A DNA stretch of 46,662 nucleotides. It comes from a bacterium. GTDB taxonomy: Bacteria; JBBIVP01. The stretch spans positions 1 to 46,662 of the forward strand of contig JBBIVP010000001.1 of the NCBI GenBank assembly GCA_037439705.1, given 5' to 3'. Under the pieces are notes generated by a model. The model worked only from the letters and a program-made list of their open reading frames with translations. It did no database searches and was not told where the DNA came from. Position 1 is the stretch's first letter. Each line of letters starts with the position of its first letter. Below are positions 46,437 to 46,662 of the stretch, one piece after another. A program made the translations under genes and the position numbers.

Positions 46437-46662
46437 ATGATTAAGAGAAAGTTATTTGATGAGATTAGAGAGCATCTTAGCAAAAAGGAGATTACTTTTA
46501 TTGTAGGACCGAGACAGGCAGGGAAAACAACTCTAATGTTTATGCTTAAAGAATATTTAGAAAAAGAGGGGAAAAAGACTCTTTTTTTAAATCTTGACAT
46601 TGAGCAGGACAAAGAATTTTTTACTTCGCAAGTAAGATTGATAAAAAAGATAGAACTTGAGT
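46437..46662 (+). CDS. AAA-type ATPase, 5' fragment (resembles the COG1373 / DUF4143-associated ATPase N-terminus); runs off the window
   Basis: Own translation: MIKRKLFDEIREHLSKKEITFIVGPRQAGKTTLMFMLKEYLEKEGKKTLFLNLDIEQDKEFF..., with Walker A GPRQAGKTT. Confidence 0.6.
   Translation, partial: MIKRKLFDEIREHLSKKEITFIVGPRQAGKTTLMFMLKEYLEKEGKKTLFLNLDIEQDKEFFTSQVRLIKKIELE

Overview
AT-rich chromosome segment whose proteins are rich in Lys, Glu and Ile, which suggests a thermophile. An outer-membrane barrel protein, lipoproteins and type IV pilus genes indicate a diderm bacterium. Packing is very tight: about 45 CDS, many with overlapping start and stop codons, and three convergent gene pairs with essentially no spacer. 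I found no rRNA, tRNA, CRISPR array, transposase or integrase. Contents in order: (1) a sigma-70/ECF-type sigma factor whose sigma-4 region sits in the -1 frame, a secreted GH15-like glycosidase, an orphan PII gene and uvrC; (2) a three-gene envelope cassette: TPR plus beta-barrel protein, exported FecR-domain protein, and a 948-aa NHL-propeller lipoprotein; (3) a dksA-like gene convergent with a four-gene operon: small EF-Tu-domain-2-like protein, unknown protein, AI-2E permease, ComF; (4) system II cytochrome c biogenesis genes (resB/ccsA) and an aromatic amino-acid block (chorismate mutase, aminotransferase, tyrA, aroA) followed by cmk; (5) the replication locus dnaA-dnaN, with DnaA-box clusters on both sides of dnaA, followed directly by bioF-bioA, whose start is overlapped by a BirA-operator-like palindrome; (6) a long minus-strand string: TetR, Tat-lipoprotein subunit, GMC oxidoreductase, Rrf2, PolX, XRE-cupin, trpC, polyprenyl synthase, gyrA, PpiC-type isomerase; (7) pilB-pilT-pilC; (8) a housekeeping plus-strand block (THEP1-like NTPase, mnmE, amidase, rph, rdgB, mltG), an unclassifiable Cys/Asp-rich lipoprotein and the 5' end of an AAA ATPase. 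No known defence or mobile system is recognisable. The best candidate for an undescribed system is the envelope cassette at 5118..10159. The best-supported sequence-level finds are the BirA-operator-like palindrome, the DnaA-box and TA[A/G]-trinucleotide architecture around dnaA, the sigma factor frame break on an A_AAA_AAT heptamer, and -10 boxes 6-9 nt upstream of start codons that lack a Shine-Dalgarno (SD) site. All functional calls come from motif recognition by eye; no database search was run.
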